Source: Trypanosoma brucei (taxonomy: Eukaryota). From it: a DNA stretch of 64,000 bases. Location: positions 160,001 to 224,000 of the forward strand of contig CP000067.1 of the NCBI GenBank assembly GCA_000002445.1, given 5' to 3'. Each line of letters opens with the position of its first letter. Positions within the stretch are counted from its first letter, which is position 1. Shown here piece by piece: positions 21,801-31,590 of the stretch. Both the position numbers and the translations under genes were made by a program. Below the pieces are notes generated by a model. It saw only the letters and a list, made by a program, of their open reading frames with translations. It was not told where the DNA came from and made no database searches.

Positions 21801-23395
21801 ACGATATGATCCCCATCCGAAATAAAGGAAGTGCCCTCATGTGCCTTCCGCACCACGGCACGGCGCCTTAACCACAGAAGGGCAAACTCCATGGGATAGG
21901 CGGAGGTATTGTCCGCACTTCCCGACAACTGCTCTACTGCCAAAGCCTTGTCAATCTGTTCAATGGTAGCATTCATATTTTCCTCTTCAAACTCCGCCAA
22001 TGCTGATTCATATGCCGCACGAACAAAAAGTCGGTTTAGCCTGCTGTTGCACAACCTTAGCAGCATCACTATTCTACTCAATGTGAGACGCAACCTCCCA
22101 CGAGTTTGGGGTTGCAAGAGCGGAAGACACAAATTCCACAGCACCACACAACCAACCTCAATTGCGTACATGCTTTCCGATACATCTACAGACGTACGAG
22201 CGGCATCTATCACGTCCTCGACGTGGCCGATGCATGCAAACAGCTTTTCCGCCATATTCTTTGTAAGATAACCAGCGTCTAACGCCTTGCTTGCGGCCAG
22301 CGAGCCACAGTCACGAGCCCTCATGATGGCTTTGGCGTATTCAGTGAACAATCGGGCGCGGGCATTATCGCCATTCAGAAGTTTTGGTAAAATTGTATTA
22401 CACGTGTCATCCGCACCGCACATGGCTAACGCAAGGGCAACCTCACTGAGTACATCTGAGATAATCGCAGGATCGCGGAACGCCGCCTCTGCTTCAGCGG
22501 CCTTACGGCCCTTTTGTTTCACTTCCTTCTTCTCGGGGTCGCCGAGGAGTTTTTCAGTTGCCTGAATGAGCTCCTGCTTAGCGCTTGAGTCATCTGTTGC
22601 ACCACAGAAAAATGAATACACAGCAGCAAGTGCCTGAAACACAGGTCTGGTATTATCTTGCTTCGTCCGGTTTGATGATGTACTGGCTGTGAAGGCAACC
22701 TGAATGCGGTAAAATTGTAATTGAAGTCGCTCAGAACCCGTCTTTGCAACAAGTTCTGCACCGGACACAATCTGATTGAGCGCATCCTGAACCCTTCCGG
22801 TAGCCCGCAAGCAGACGGCATAACGCACAATCCACTGCAGCTGAGTATGAATTCCTCCAAGTGAAAGCTTTTCATGCAAAGTTACAACCAACACCAGAAT
22901 ATCCAACATGCTGTTGCTTATTATTCGACCGCAAACATCTTGAATAGACAGCCAGAGGTAGTCGATACCTGCGATAAGGGTCTCCGGTTCCTTCGGCCAC
23001 TCCTCTAGTACAATCTTTATACCTGAAACAATCTTCGTCGCGCAACGAATGTGCGCTGCCAGTTTAGCCCTACCACGCAGCGAGTGAGGCACACCACTCA
23101 AAGCTACGAGAGCATCACAATAAAGAGCCCGTGCCTCCAGTGCCTTCGTTTGAGCCCGCCTCCCTGTGTACTTCTTCAAACAAGCCCCTGCTAGTGCCCA
23201 CTCCTTCTTCTCAATGGCAGCCTCCGTGCAGAGAATGTACAACTCACTCGATACATTCCGCTCCAGTGACGGGTCCCCTTCAGAAGACTCTTCAAACTCT
23301 TGCAACATTTTGTACGCTGCGTGCACGGCTTCAGCCGTGTAACTGCTGCGACTGGCACGCAGTTGTTGTTTCACCGCATTGGATACATACGCCAT
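15884..23395 (-). CDS. Very large (2503 aa) hypothetical protein, mostly alpha-helical in appearance, with no recognised domain.
   Basis: Uninterrupted 7.5-kb minus-strand ORF with an ATG start (MAYVSNAVKQQL...) and mixed, non-repetitive composition. The many short plus-strand ORFs across it are antisense noise. Confidence 0.8.
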   Translation of the reverse strand: MAYVSNAVKQQLRASRSSYTAEAVHAAYKMLQEFEESSEGDPSLERNVSSELYILCTEAAIEKKEWALAGACLKKYTGRRAQTKALEARALYCDALVALSGVPHSLRGRAKLAAHIRCATKIVSGIKIVLEEWPKEPETLIAGIDYLWLSIQDVCGRIISNSMLDILVLVVTLHEKLSLGGIHTQLQWIVRYAVCLRATGRVQDALNQIVSGAELVAKTGSERLQLQFYRIQVAFTASTSSNRTKQDNTRPVFQALAAVYSFFCGATDDSSAKQELIQATEKLLGDPEKKEVKQKGRKAAEAEAAFRDPAIISDVLSEVALALAMCGADDTCNTILPKLLNGDNARARLFTEYAKAIMRARDCGSLAASKALDAGYLTKNMAEKLFACIGHVEDVIDAARTSVDVSESMYAIEVGCVVLWNLCLPLLQPQTRGRLRLTLSRIVMLLRLCNSRLNRLFVRAAYESALAEFEEENMNATIEQIDKALAVEQLSGSADNTSAYPMEFALLWLRRRAVVRKAHEGTSFISDGDHIVHLIEQARLASANRVPLLQAAADRLPPITRTESVAETRTKNVSVNGEKNKGGKSRKQDVVRETVDERVPFTFEDFSTPNVYYLLLKEASTTNDPAVDEIIIKAAEGLARIAVPDNGFARDLLAMKAEAHLVMSELLEKRGQTSPRALGDATHEDGMSHISKAAQLGARLSAAGYGGGWIVLNACTALINQNTEMFKKGLFLPAAATLRDLSLALGQVNADPMGEYKLFDSIGFGYVMSLVQTYISAKGEVNGELHCESLAETMRKTYLYPICEAHNSVLKQAAEACHQIMSKWSLPSRRKNFSLILPCINRLLDRTHETSTHPQEQLLFLLGRLNGPIELDERRHLVNTECLDMLRADPSVELCARLASHSVQIPQNERVTLEICRTADRLYHEGKLGWGTKSLITVNSGRDKSLASTVVSTQQPSPSVMYLGNLKGSVVANSNGGMQPKPSDMDWYWYADILLHEATLFLHLGVGADRTHRLEFEKRVLVAITNSAVAASRSIPEAQITQITKAYRALCRVATSISRASYRVLQSGLRILLSPPILRIVNKFLRSRTNGRCDAEFDDLCTLTSTLGGYLFTSLLEDENYDEGIKQMHELLRVLPSRYHGSLCAYEAQLRTKLRLSTSELHEKARTVDAEVEAAVCVAVAKNAHDISEGMRAWNQALKILEGKPVQRADLVLSMAEWLAGRNAVTKSELISLLMNGLSDLERVDSMLLSAWLNKSAGRRNTDVSPALRHALTGTMVGRTFAIAQSLTCTNVVPVDKQKDLPSLLETLTALRLLYFLFVVAPITPCASRPFVYKRCCASTLLYYVLSCWKVVAVLLQIHRGEDIRGVKVDPLHLPETLYEWRGFHANPQHAIIIRDLCKDGLALNTHRLWGMLLDVCDYLLEDGMELYVFLILSWVEFCIYWRYDESDPRGRAAVRAVRLKGFISAARCGWAEVCDAYNVEPPDAECWSSVNEVLLSTETPALSVPWPSSGPLDFSNFVGSTHRFILSEAEDLFTLGRVQEALLWKAKVKQCASRTGDRGALARCHLLEARASILRGRWDPPTSEEASAEDSTEEETKTEDMGDGEGTGLPTSLTVAAWTELQLVHIDGFLSCDKVAEAVAFVRQLLTRLLWRLEEVGEGDIEKDTTEMCHKVLLQRCAPRFVAFLRRPFDTLFPGGPREGDVKGLLDEVCSQLDQYADWKSRLVSLRVRQILRPCVDDVLATGKGGVDKALPERLFNEYSEILKVADMLQSEVNAVVPVLALGGDVTTCPSAAAAYDEVLVMCARNCLERKLLKNFISQRFSALSVADLGIPTGGPVELEGYVASYMRDPALYEQSRMLNDSANAALPSQEGICGHDNEVASSLSHFGIPLNYMVNTSTPHIEALLYRAMGGVGTVSSVQMEASIIAALSEFSRRLTAATRAMESPEASVNTTFSGDVNERENAFLTAQWSKITISVPHPSVPRRMSVAERRAAKLASIHVEDPNRLAANAWIEINSNLQMLLLAAVRQARHMFEYKQMAKCYIYLAHNFMLSGNFNAAGTAIEYAETAAMYGFVSDLVTSLTHTTPEAELIRLVNKTKMDAPYLVNTKAFDSLRNNLMEISSMWRRFDLVGAWPAEPNKADPLLSDICTLSAVREGTTSYFLVAFRRQDGEVCSRRAELDMGALRECTSQIEELKRLKKVEVAAGPSAGERSPDAKWGSVFHSYLEKVRTVVFPLLGDFSDLFSSQRAASCSLYLCLDPILQPLPFEQLPELSSFMAVHRELSVLNLRQKTALRTGKPQSNGVAYIIDPFGENEEALQYIFGGGRTKTSNAEIVTFVKDGQGSSSRPSLAYVHRIFANKAYANVLVSACGSFSDIIKPSVIAELSLDHLQTVLIAMATNDASYCREQGCDTCRAYMDFFYEKNYVVSILLLARGVHHVLSNIFTLTASECNVFSKRCLSFVGGGGGKALAEAVKGSNGDAAGPSTQLHISYGVIHHNVKAK

Positions 23396-23596
23396 GGTCG
23401 CAGTTTGGGTGTTCTCCCCTCTATATGCAGCTAATTATTCAAATACTTGCGCAGGTAGACATGTACATGAAAATACAAACATTAGCGTTTGGGTAGAAGT
23501 GAAAAAAGAAGAAAAAATAAAGGACGTTGGAAGCTAACGAACACACTTGTGCGTGAAGGCAAAATGAATCAGTGTATGGATTTATTCATACCTATG

Positions 23597-23621
23597 TATA
23601 TATATATATATATATATATAT
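23597..23621. repeat. (TA)~12 microsatellite.
   Basis: tatatatatatatatatatatatat between the 2503-aa gene start and the upstream gene. Confidence 0.9.
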
Positions 23622-23832
23622 CAGTAACTAGGAAACACAATGACGCTGTCCAAGCCGCTGGATCATGCAGCGGCCGCGTGTAGCAGAGAAATCAAGACAA
23701 CCCTCAAAGACACGACGTTGAACCGTACTCAACTATACGAAACGAAACGGGGTTAAGGAGGTAACCGCTCAAACCACAACAACAGGGCGCTCTCCCACTA
23801 ACCACAACCGTTCAAGTCCAAACGTCCAGACT

Positions 23833-24738
23833 CTACTGTTCCTTTAACATATTCTCCACACACGCAAATCGTGCCGCGCAGAGGGATGCAGCACAATAAC
23901 GGAGCAACATATCCCCCGCCACCGTCGGCAGCACCGTTCGCCTAAATGCCCCAAACGCTTCATCTAACACCGCAGCGTCCTTCACGCCCTCACGTTTTAA
24001 TCCCGCGTATACATCTTCAGCAAGACTCAGTGCCCTATGGTACTCACCGCGTTCAACAAATCGCAAAAACTCTGCCTCCGATTTCAACGCCCGCAGCTGT
24101 CGTGACACGAGCATGGTTGGGCTTAGTGATGTGCGGAACTTAAAGAAGTCCAAAATGCCGCGAACGGGCTCAGCCGCGGGAGCTTTCCCCGCCTCAACGA
24201 TAGCGCGTCCGAGATTAAAGGCCGTTACACGCACAACAGCTGGTGAAGGGATGCTGTTTATGTACTTGAGCGGTGCAGCAACAAGGTTTACATCCTCACT
24301 TTCTGCATCCTTAAGAACTGCAGATAATTCTTCATTGAAGGGCAAACCAGCTTTCATTTTGTGCTTCAGTGCCTCATAATTGAGACCCACTGAAATGAGT
24401 TTTTTGCTTGTATAACCAAACTCCTCAAGCTCACGTTCCACCCGCTGCGAAACCAAATGCACTTGACTTGCTAATGTAGTTCCCACTTCCTGATAGTAGT
24501 GTTGCGCCAACGATATATCATTAAAGTCGTCCAAAAGCGGTTTAGCTTGTGCCGCATAACTCTCCTCCTTCGCCCGCATTTCATTATCAATCTTCTGCAT
24601 TTCTTTCTCCATGAACTCCTTCTCCGCTTCGTGTTGCAGCCGTGCGGCTGATAGTTTAGTCCGAGCAATTTCATTACGTACCATCTCACGGGATAACAAT
24701 CTCTCAGACGGCGTAAATAAGGAGTAAATGAACTGCAT
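23833..24738 (-). CDS. Hypothetical coiled-coil protein (301 aa).
   Basis: ATG start at 24738. The N-terminal half is charged and heptad-like (EAEKEFMEKEMQKIDNEMRAKEE). I recognised no family. Confidence 0.6.
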   Translation of the reverse strand: MQFIYSLFTPSERLLSREMVRNEIARTKLSAARLQHEAEKEFMEKEMQKIDNEMRAKEESYAAQAKPLLDDFNDISLAQHYYQEVGTTLASQVHLVSQRVERELEEFGYTSKKLISVGLNYEALKHKMKAGLPFNEELSAVLKDAESEDVNLVAAPLKYINSIPSPAVVRVTAFNLGRAIVEAGKAPAAEPVRGILDFFKFRTSLSPTMLVSRQLRALKSEAEFLRFVERGEYHRALSLAEDVYAGLKREGVKDAAVLDEAFGAFRRTVLPTVAGDMLLRYCAASLCAARFACVENMLKEQ

Positions 24739-25079
24739 GTTACCCTTTCTTGCTCTTCATCCAAACCGTGCAGAATGCAGGTCCCCCCGCAAAAAAAAAA
24801 GAAGTTAAAAATACACATTTTTCCTGAAGGAATTCAGGCACCATTAAAAAAGAAAATATTACGGGGCATGATTCGGGCCGCGATCCGTGATCCATTCAAG
24901 CACTTCCACATCGGGGAATATTCGTCATGCACTGACACCTGCGAAAGGTTGGCATCCACACAAATATCGGTAACCATCAAAAAATTTGGAAGGGAGGAAA
25001 CTGGTGGCCCACCATTAAACCAAGTAGACCACTTCGTAACACGTCGGCAACCGAACCAACAGCAAGGGATCAAACGGAA

Positions 25080-26468
25080 TCAAAACCTTCTCTTGACCCA
25101 CCCAGGATTTTTCTTGTAAATCTCACTAAGGTTCGACTTGTCAAAGCGTAGAAGTGTGGTAAGCACGGGAAAAAGGTTCTTGGCCACGTTGGTGTCTCCG
25201 CTGGAACAGAGGAGCTGCACAACCGTGAACCTCAAATAAGTTGCTAGCTGCCCATCAAATACCAAACTGTTCTCTTGGTCTTTCGTTGTATTCGACTGGT
25301 GCCGTGTGGCGACAAGGCGTCTCCGTGTTGCACACAGTTCATCTGACAACCGACTCACATCCCCTTCAAGTTCTGCAATACGAGAAAGTGCCTCAGGAAG
25401 CGTTGAGGGTTTATTTTGCCCATTAAAGTCCTTAACACTGCAACTCCCCAAGACCGGGCCACCTACACCTGAGTGGGTTCTCTTGACAGCAGCTAGTTCT
25501 TGCGTTAACTTTTGATTTTCTTCCTGAGCTCCCCTCAATTCTTCCTGAAGGGACTTTAAATGATCCAACAGCTCCCCGTACGCTGCGTCATCTCGCTGCT
25601 CCGACTGTCCCCTAGCCTGTGCGCCTTCCCCTAAATGTTTATTCCCGGTCTCCGCTGTTTCTAATGCCCTTTCCTCCAACTCGGCACGCAGTTCCGCCAT
25701 ATCTTGCTCATACCGCGACATCAATCTCTCCATTTCGTCACGGTGTTGGTCAAAAATGATAGATTCCCGGACGGTAAACTCGTGCCGCATATTTTCCCTT
25801 TCCTCTTCCAACCGCTCTTCAAACGCATTAATCTGCTCCGCGTTTGGTCGGCTTGCCATTGCCGCTTGAGAGGCTTCAAATGATGCCTTGGCCTCCTCCA
25901 AAGTTTCCAATCGGTTCTGTAAGGTTTCTAGGGCTTGATCACGCCGCTCAATGGCAGATTTGCGTTCCACTAATTCCGCCTGCGCGCCAGTAAGTGTCTC
26001 ACGGAGACCGGCCAGCTCCTGCTCGAGGGCTTCAGTAGTCTTCTTTTGCATTCGCAACGTTTGGGCAGTCCTTCGCTTGTGCTTTTCTAACTCACGCCAT
26101 GTTCCCACAGCAATGTCAAGCGCAGCATCAGACTTGTCCAAAAGTATTTCGACTAATGCATCCGATGAAGCGGTCACCCATGCCCCGACATGACTAAAAT
26201 AGTGAGACTCCGCAAAACTGCTGCATTCGGGCACAGCACCCGAAGTGGATGCAGCCGCTGTGGCAACACTCTTTGCATTTTGCAACTGCTGACTGAGTTG
26301 ATCGTTGGCTGCTCGGGATTCTTCCAGTTCAGTGGTAAGTTCTATAATTCTGTTACGCAGCTCCGTGACGCCTACTTGAGTCTTCTCCTTCCAGACCTGC
26401 ATCCGGTGTTTGGCTTTCTCAAGCTCTTCGCGCAGTTGCTGCACTTCACTATTTACAACAGCGTCCAT
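25080..26468 (-). CDS. GRIP-domain golgin (coiled-coil trans-Golgi tether).
   Basis: ATG at 26468. Roughly 400 aa of coiled coil are followed by a C-terminal GRIP-like segment: FDGQLATYLRFTVVQLLCSSGDTNVAKNLFPVLTTLLRFDKSNLSEIYKK (compare GRIP consensus ..YLKNVLLQFL.....R..L.PVI..LL.FS..E...I). Confidence 0.72.
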   Translation of the reverse strand: MDAVVNSEVQQLREELEKAKHRMQVWKEKTQVGVTELRNRIIELTTELEESRAANDQLSQQLQNAKSVATAAASTSGAVPECSSFAESHYFSHVGAWVTASSDALVEILLDKSDAALDIAVGTWRELEKHKRRTAQTLRMQKKTTEALEQELAGLRETLTGAQAELVERKSAIERRDQALETLQNRLETLEEAKASFEASQAAMASRPNAEQINAFEERLEEERENMRHEFTVRESIIFDQHRDEMERLMSRYEQDMAELRAELEERALETAETGNKHLGEGAQARGQSEQRDDAAYGELLDHLKSLQEELRGAQEENQKLTQELAAVKRTHSGVGGPVLGSCSVKDFNGQNKPSTLPEALSRIAELEGDVSRLSDELCATRRRLVATRHQSNTTKDQENSLVFDGQLATYLRFTVVQLLCSSGDTNVAKNLFPVLTTLLRFDKSNLSEIYKKNPGWVKRRF

Positions 26469-26583
26469 CGGTACCTCAGCCGTTGTTTCCTATAGCAACT
26501 TATCTGTACATCAAGAGAGAAAAAGAATTTAAACGAGTAACAGAAAAGACTTTATGCTGCGGTGGGAAGAGATTGGTGGGAAC

Positions 26584-26600
26584 CACACACACACACACAC
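26584..26600. repeat. (CA)8 microsatellite.
   Basis: cacacacacacacacac, read directly. Confidence 0.85.
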
Positions 26601-26962
26601 CATAGGTTGGTGGACCAATCAATTTGGAAAGACAGCAACCTAGTTTTCCCGAACGAACTAAATGTAGGAAGAAAAAAATAACTTCTTTTGATGCCAAAGG
26701 AAGACGAGGAAAACATATATAAGGAAACACGAAAACGTCGCCATACGGGGTAACATTTACATCACAAAGCTGTTAGACAATAACAGAACACGCAGCGTAG
26801 AATAACCCTTTCATCCTACAACCCACGAACTATAACAGAAGAGCGAAAGCATACACGGGCACACATGTTCATATACGCATATGCATATTTGCACCTATAT
26901 TGGCACAGCAGTGCAACTTCACGCCTCATTAATAACACGAACTAGTTAAACATGAATCCTTC

Positions 26963-27700
26963 CTATTGTCCATCAGCATCTTCGAGCACCGCTCCTATCG
27001 GTTGCCGCGCAACAGTATAATTAGCAAACGGCCCACCCGACTGCCACGGCATATGAACTAAAGGTGAAAGTGATCGCTTCTCCTCCAGCATCTCCCTCGA
27101 AATGCTCTGTTGCAGATGTCCAATTTCATCCATTACATCACGTGTCATGCGGTCGGTTCGCCACGGATGCCATCCGCGTACATCTTTATGCCCTCCCTCA
27201 TCATGCAACATGCTCTCGGTGTAGCTCCATCTGCTACGCAATATTTGTAACTGTGTGTGGAAGGCGCGATACGCGTAGAAGGACACTACAAATATGACAA
27301 GTGCCAGGAAAAACGCAAAGTCCTGCAAACTAAAGGAGCGGTACTCTGGGTTACCAGCTGTCTCCCTGTGTATGGTATTTGTCATGTTATCGTAATTCAT
27401 GCGGCGGAAATTGACGTCGGTACCGCCAGCACGGTTGCTTTCACCCTTGTCATGGCGATGGGCAAGCAGTAATTTGTGTGCCTCACGGAGAAGTTGAAAC
27501 TGCTCACTTGTACCACCATGGTCTGGGTGAAACCGCATCACTAGTTTGTTGAAGCGTTTCTTGATTTCAGTCACCTCCAACCGATCGCTCATCTCAAAAC
27601 CAAATATAGAACATGCCTGCTGATACGTCATGTAACCCTTGTCACCCGCAATGGTACCCTCAAACTTTTCGTAGACGAGCCGTACAGCACTGCGGCGCAT
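26963..27700 (-). CDS. DnaJ (J-domain) protein with one transmembrane segment.
   Basis: J domain with the HPD motif (FNKLVMRFHPDHGGTSEQFQLLREAHKLLL). Hydrophobic segment FAFFLALVIFVVSFYAYRAF. Confidence 0.85.
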   Translation of the reverse strand: MRRSAVRLVYEKFEGTIAGDKGYMTYQQACSIFGFEMSDRLEVTEIKKRFNKLVMRFHPDHGGTSEQFQLLREAHKLLLAHRHDKGESNRAGGTDVNFRRMNYDNMTNTIHRETAGNPEYRSFSLQDFAFFLALVIFVVSFYAYRAFHTQLQILRSRWSYTESMLHDEGGHKDVRGWHPWRTDRMTRDVMDEIGHLQQSISREMLEEKRSLSPLVHMPWQSGGPFANYTVARQPIGAVLEDADGQ

Positions 27701-27982
27701 TGGTAGGGAGAAAGAACACTAAGAAGGCGAAGAACAAGAGCAGTGACGGAGAAGGAGAGTAAAAAACGGAACACAAAAGTGTATACAGAGAGAATCGTAA
27801 TAGATGCAGAAACTCATTCATATATATATATACATATATATGAATTCCTCTGAAACATAGTGGCTCAACAAAAGCACATATATGTATTATTGAAATTCGT
27901 TTTAGACAGATTTCATGCTTCTAACCACCAAGTTCCAACATGTACATGATAGGGGATCTTTGGCGCGTGCCCCGGTATCCCT

Positions 27983-30046
27983 TTAACCCCAAGTAAGTGG
28001 GCGAATAAGTCTGAGGAGCTGATACACACATCGTCGTAAGAGGAAATTAGTTCGATGAAGGGCCATGAGTCGAACCTCTTCTCCTTTCTCCTTCAGCAGA
28101 AGTGTGTAGAGGTTGAGATGTGTCTCGTGGTCCTCGAGTATTCGTAGGTCCGGCACATCGTCACGCTCCCTAAAGGCCGAAAAGGCGCAACAATGTGTCT
28201 GATACCTTATACTGTGCCACTCACCATCCGCCTCTGCTGTTAGGTCGGGGGAGTCTTCGGTGCCTAAATACACCTGCTTCGACATACGGAAGAGTGCCAG
28301 GTCTGCGTCTTCTCCGCACTTATTGTGCCGCGAACTAGCTATGATGTAAAAGAGACAGAACTGTGCAATGTCTGCATACACTTTCTCCTCCAGCTCCGAG
28401 GACTTGGGCACAATGTCCTCAATAAACTCGGCATCTTCGTCGCGCAACATGAAGTTAAAGCCTGCTTGGGAGAGTAATCTCACCAGCGTAGCGGGCTCCA
28501 ACCAATCCGCTCGCAAAGCCGCCAGCTCCGGGTCTCCAGGGGAAATAAGTTTGCACTTGGCATCGCAGATAAGTATACGGAACTCGCGGTCACTTCCTTC
28601 GCCCCGGTGACGGCCTTCTAACACCATCATCACCTGATCGAAGCTCACCGGCTGCAGCCGCCACTGCTCATACGGCACATCAAACCCTTTCCCCTGCAAA
28701 ATGGTGAAGGTGCCAAATTCCCCTGTGGCGAAGCTACACATTCGCTCCGGTCCCGTTGAATCTGGAGAACTTGATGTGTGGCTGCACGGCTCCCATTCTT
28801 TTGTCTTCTCTACCCATTTGCCAATTAGAAGCGTGGGCTGGCGCATGACAATCGTGGAGGGAACCTCAAATGACACCCGCAGAGCGGGATTTTCATCAGT
28901 GGCCTCTAGAACAGGTGGAGGGTACGGAACAACATGTAACTTATGTGCTTCCTCCGTCTCAGAGCGATAAAGCCAGTCACCGCTTTGCTTTGGTCGCTCC
29001 GTAAAGCTCAATAGATCTATTTTTATCACACAAGGCAGTGCGTAGTATTCACGCCCGCCGGAGCCCCGACATCCATACGGGTCAAAACGGAGCTGGATGA
29101 CGCGCAATGCAACGTTTTCCTTGCTCAACCCAAGCGCCTTAGGAAGCTTCGGTAGCGCACTGGATTTAGGATCCAGTCGCATGGAAACGACGGGAAATAC
29201 AAGTGAAGCAAAGCTGCGAGTTGTTTCCTTCACCTTCACCCAAAGTCCAAATTTAGCGACAGGGTTCGCTGATGGCACGGCCACCGTGAGAAACTCACTG
29301 TCAGGTCCATCTAAAATCACATCGTAGTTTAGCAAAGTATGAATTGTGACAAAGTCAAACGCAAACATCACCTGCTCATACACGTTCCCAATATTCTCAC
29401 CGAAAAACTTCAGATCCTCTGTCTTTCCAAGTGTAAGGCAACGATCCGCTTCCAGACGGATTGTCTCCACCAGATCGTACGCCATGACACACCGATTAAG
29501 CTCCTCATTCAACATCTTCCGACGTGCTGCTGGAGGAATTCCAAGTTCCCCTTGGTGAAATCGGTGAACACGCAGACTGCTATTGGAATTGTCGCGTTTG
29601 ATATTGACTTCTACAGGCGGGGAATAATGACTGTAATGCTCCTCACTGTCCCTCCAGACGCTCAGAAATGTGTTGATTGCACTCTGAGACCTTATCGGTG
29701 GAAGGCGTGACGCCTCGGGAATGAGGCTCCACAGACGGTGTTTCTCGCATTCCTTGTACGCGAGCTGCTCCTGCTCCACAAGTTCGTCTTCAAAGGCGGT
29801 GTAGACGTCTTGATCCAACCGAAGGCGTTCCTTTTCAGCGGCCTTGTCGAGTGAAAACTTCTGAAGAGCCACCCGATCGGTCTGCTCCATCTTCAGTCGC
29901 TCACGCTCATGCAGTTTGTACAACTTATCAGCCGTCTCCACCGCCTTATTAATGGCGATTTGCGCCGGCTTAAGCTTTTTCGGCTTGTCATCCTTCCTGT
30001 CGTCCTTACCACCCCTGCCTATCACTTTCACAGTTTTAGGTGGCAT
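27983..30046 (-). CDS. Hypothetical conserved protein (687 aa) with a Lys-rich N-terminus; it could be a flagellar/axonemal component (speculative).
   Basis: ATG at 30046 (MPPKTVKVIGRGGKDDRKDDKPKKLKPAQ...). Long clean ORF with no recognised catalytic motif. Confidence 0.6.
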   Translation of the reverse strand: MPPKTVKVIGRGGKDDRKDDKPKKLKPAQIAINKAVETADKLYKLHERERLKMEQTDRVALQKFSLDKAAEKERLRLDQDVYTAFEDELVEQEQLAYKECEKHRLWSLIPEASRLPPIRSQSAINTFLSVWRDSEEHYSHYSPPVEVNIKRDNSNSSLRVHRFHQGELGIPPAARRKMLNEELNRCVMAYDLVETIRLEADRCLTLGKTEDLKFFGENIGNVYEQVMFAFDFVTIHTLLNYDVILDGPDSEFLTVAVPSANPVAKFGLWVKVKETTRSFASLVFPVVSMRLDPKSSALPKLPKALGLSKENVALRVIQLRFDPYGCRGSGGREYYALPCVIKIDLLSFTERPKQSGDWLYRSETEEAHKLHVVPYPPPVLEATDENPALRVSFEVPSTIVMRQPTLLIGKWVEKTKEWEPCSHTSSSPDSTGPERMCSFATGEFGTFTILQGKGFDVPYEQWRLQPVSFDQVMMVLEGRHRGEGSDREFRILICDAKCKLISPGDPELAALRADWLEPATLVRLLSQAGFNFMLRDEDAEFIEDIVPKSSELEEKVYADIAQFCLFYIIASSRHNKCGEDADLALFRMSKQVYLGTEDSPDLTAEADGEWHSIRYQTHCCAFSAFRERDDVPDLRILEDHETHLNLYTLLLKEKGEEVRLMALHRTNFLLRRCVYQLLRLIRPLTWG

Positions 30047-31590
30047 TGTTCCCTCCCACAGCTTCCGTTAGAGCTCGTGAAAGTCGGGTCTACAAAGATG
30101 TCGAAGAAGAAAGTAAAAAGATGATGAAAATACAGAGGAAGGGGAAACAGTGAGCAGCTAATAATGCTCCTCAGGTCACTGAGTCACCGCGGCAGAGCAC
30201 CAAGAATAGACAAATAGTTGGATGTCAGGTGAGGTTGAAGAAGTAGGGGGAGGGAAGCAACGAAAATTGAAAATACCCTTAAAGGTTTGCCTCAAATACC
30301 GCTTAGTCAATTATTATCCTCATATTATGGTGACCAGTATTACCCTCATCAATAACCAACCCAAAGTAGCCCCTCAAGGAGCTACCTTTGCACTTTCATC
30401 AGATAGAGGAGAAATCAGCACGCAACCTCTACACACTTTATATGCAACTCCAACTGCTGGTCACCTCCCTCCACGTTGCATTTCCAGTTTCTGCTCTCGC
30501 ACAGACCACACGAATCAACGCGCAGCAATTTAGTTTCCCACACGCAAGTCTCCGCATACGCCCTTCCATTGAAGCACAACACAATCTCACAATGAGTGGG
30601 AAAGGGGAAAGATAAGAGAACACGTCTCTGTGAATTGTGGCGACATGCATATGCGTGATCATCTACTACTCGTGATTCAAACGAACAGCGGTTGTCGTTC
30701 TTGTTGTTATTGTTTTTCCTAGCGACTAGCCCGCGCGTCTAAGGTACCAGTACCTCAACTCCCACTCCATAAAATGAGCGAAATGCTCGCTGACAACCTT
30801 CTCCAGACCTCGAATGTATGGAAAAGCAAGGTCACAGTGCAACGCGTGCACACATGAAAATAAAATATTTTGGTCAGTCTTAACGCTATTGTCTCTGAAC
30901 CCAACTCTCTCAACGCAAAATTTGCGTATCGTGTAGAAAAGAGGGGAACTTGGTTTTTTCTTCCTTTATTACCATTATCGACCCCCTTAATAACCGCGGC
31001 AGGGCTCGCTGAGTGCCGAATTTGGGAGGAAATGAAAAATATAGGAACCCGGCGGTACCAACCACGACACGACCAGAATTTTTGTAAAAAAGAGGAAATA
31101 AAAGAAGGAACCGCTAGTTTCCCTCCTTTTCTCATACCCCCTCTTGAAACCGAAGCCGTTGCCGCCATTCCCGCTACCGCACCGGCGTTCGTTTCAACAA
31201 CTCATCACTGAACACTATTCGAAATATTTATGTATGCTTCCGAGATATACATACACACACACGCATTTACATTTTTTGTGTACCCTTAACGCTAGTGATC
31301 GCGCGCTAGGTGGTGAACAAAAGGGTAGTAGGCGAATTAAATATACAACATCCACAGCAGCCATACAAATGAGGAGTCGAAACTCACATTTTCTTCCCCC
31401 ATCTAGAGGGGAGAAGCCGCAGCGTAACGAAAAGAATCGCGCGCCCTGCTACCACTGTAAGAAAACGTTTGTGAGAACGGTGCTCAAGCAAGGCCATGGG
31501 AGGCAAAAAGAAAATAAGAAAAATAAGAAAAGGGACCGACATGTTCCAATGCATACAGTGAACAAATATTTGAATAGTTTACATGGTGCC

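Noticed and set aside
30755-31168. A 137-aa minus-strand ORF with an ATG start inside the 1.5-kb gap between the 27983..30046 and 31591..33549 genes.
   Set aside because: It has the correct strand and a true ATG, but no recognisable motif, an odd composition (Cys/Arg-rich, few acidic residues), and no convincing polyY/AG context immediately upstream. It is possibly a real small gene but unsupported; it needs SL or ribosome-profiling evidence.
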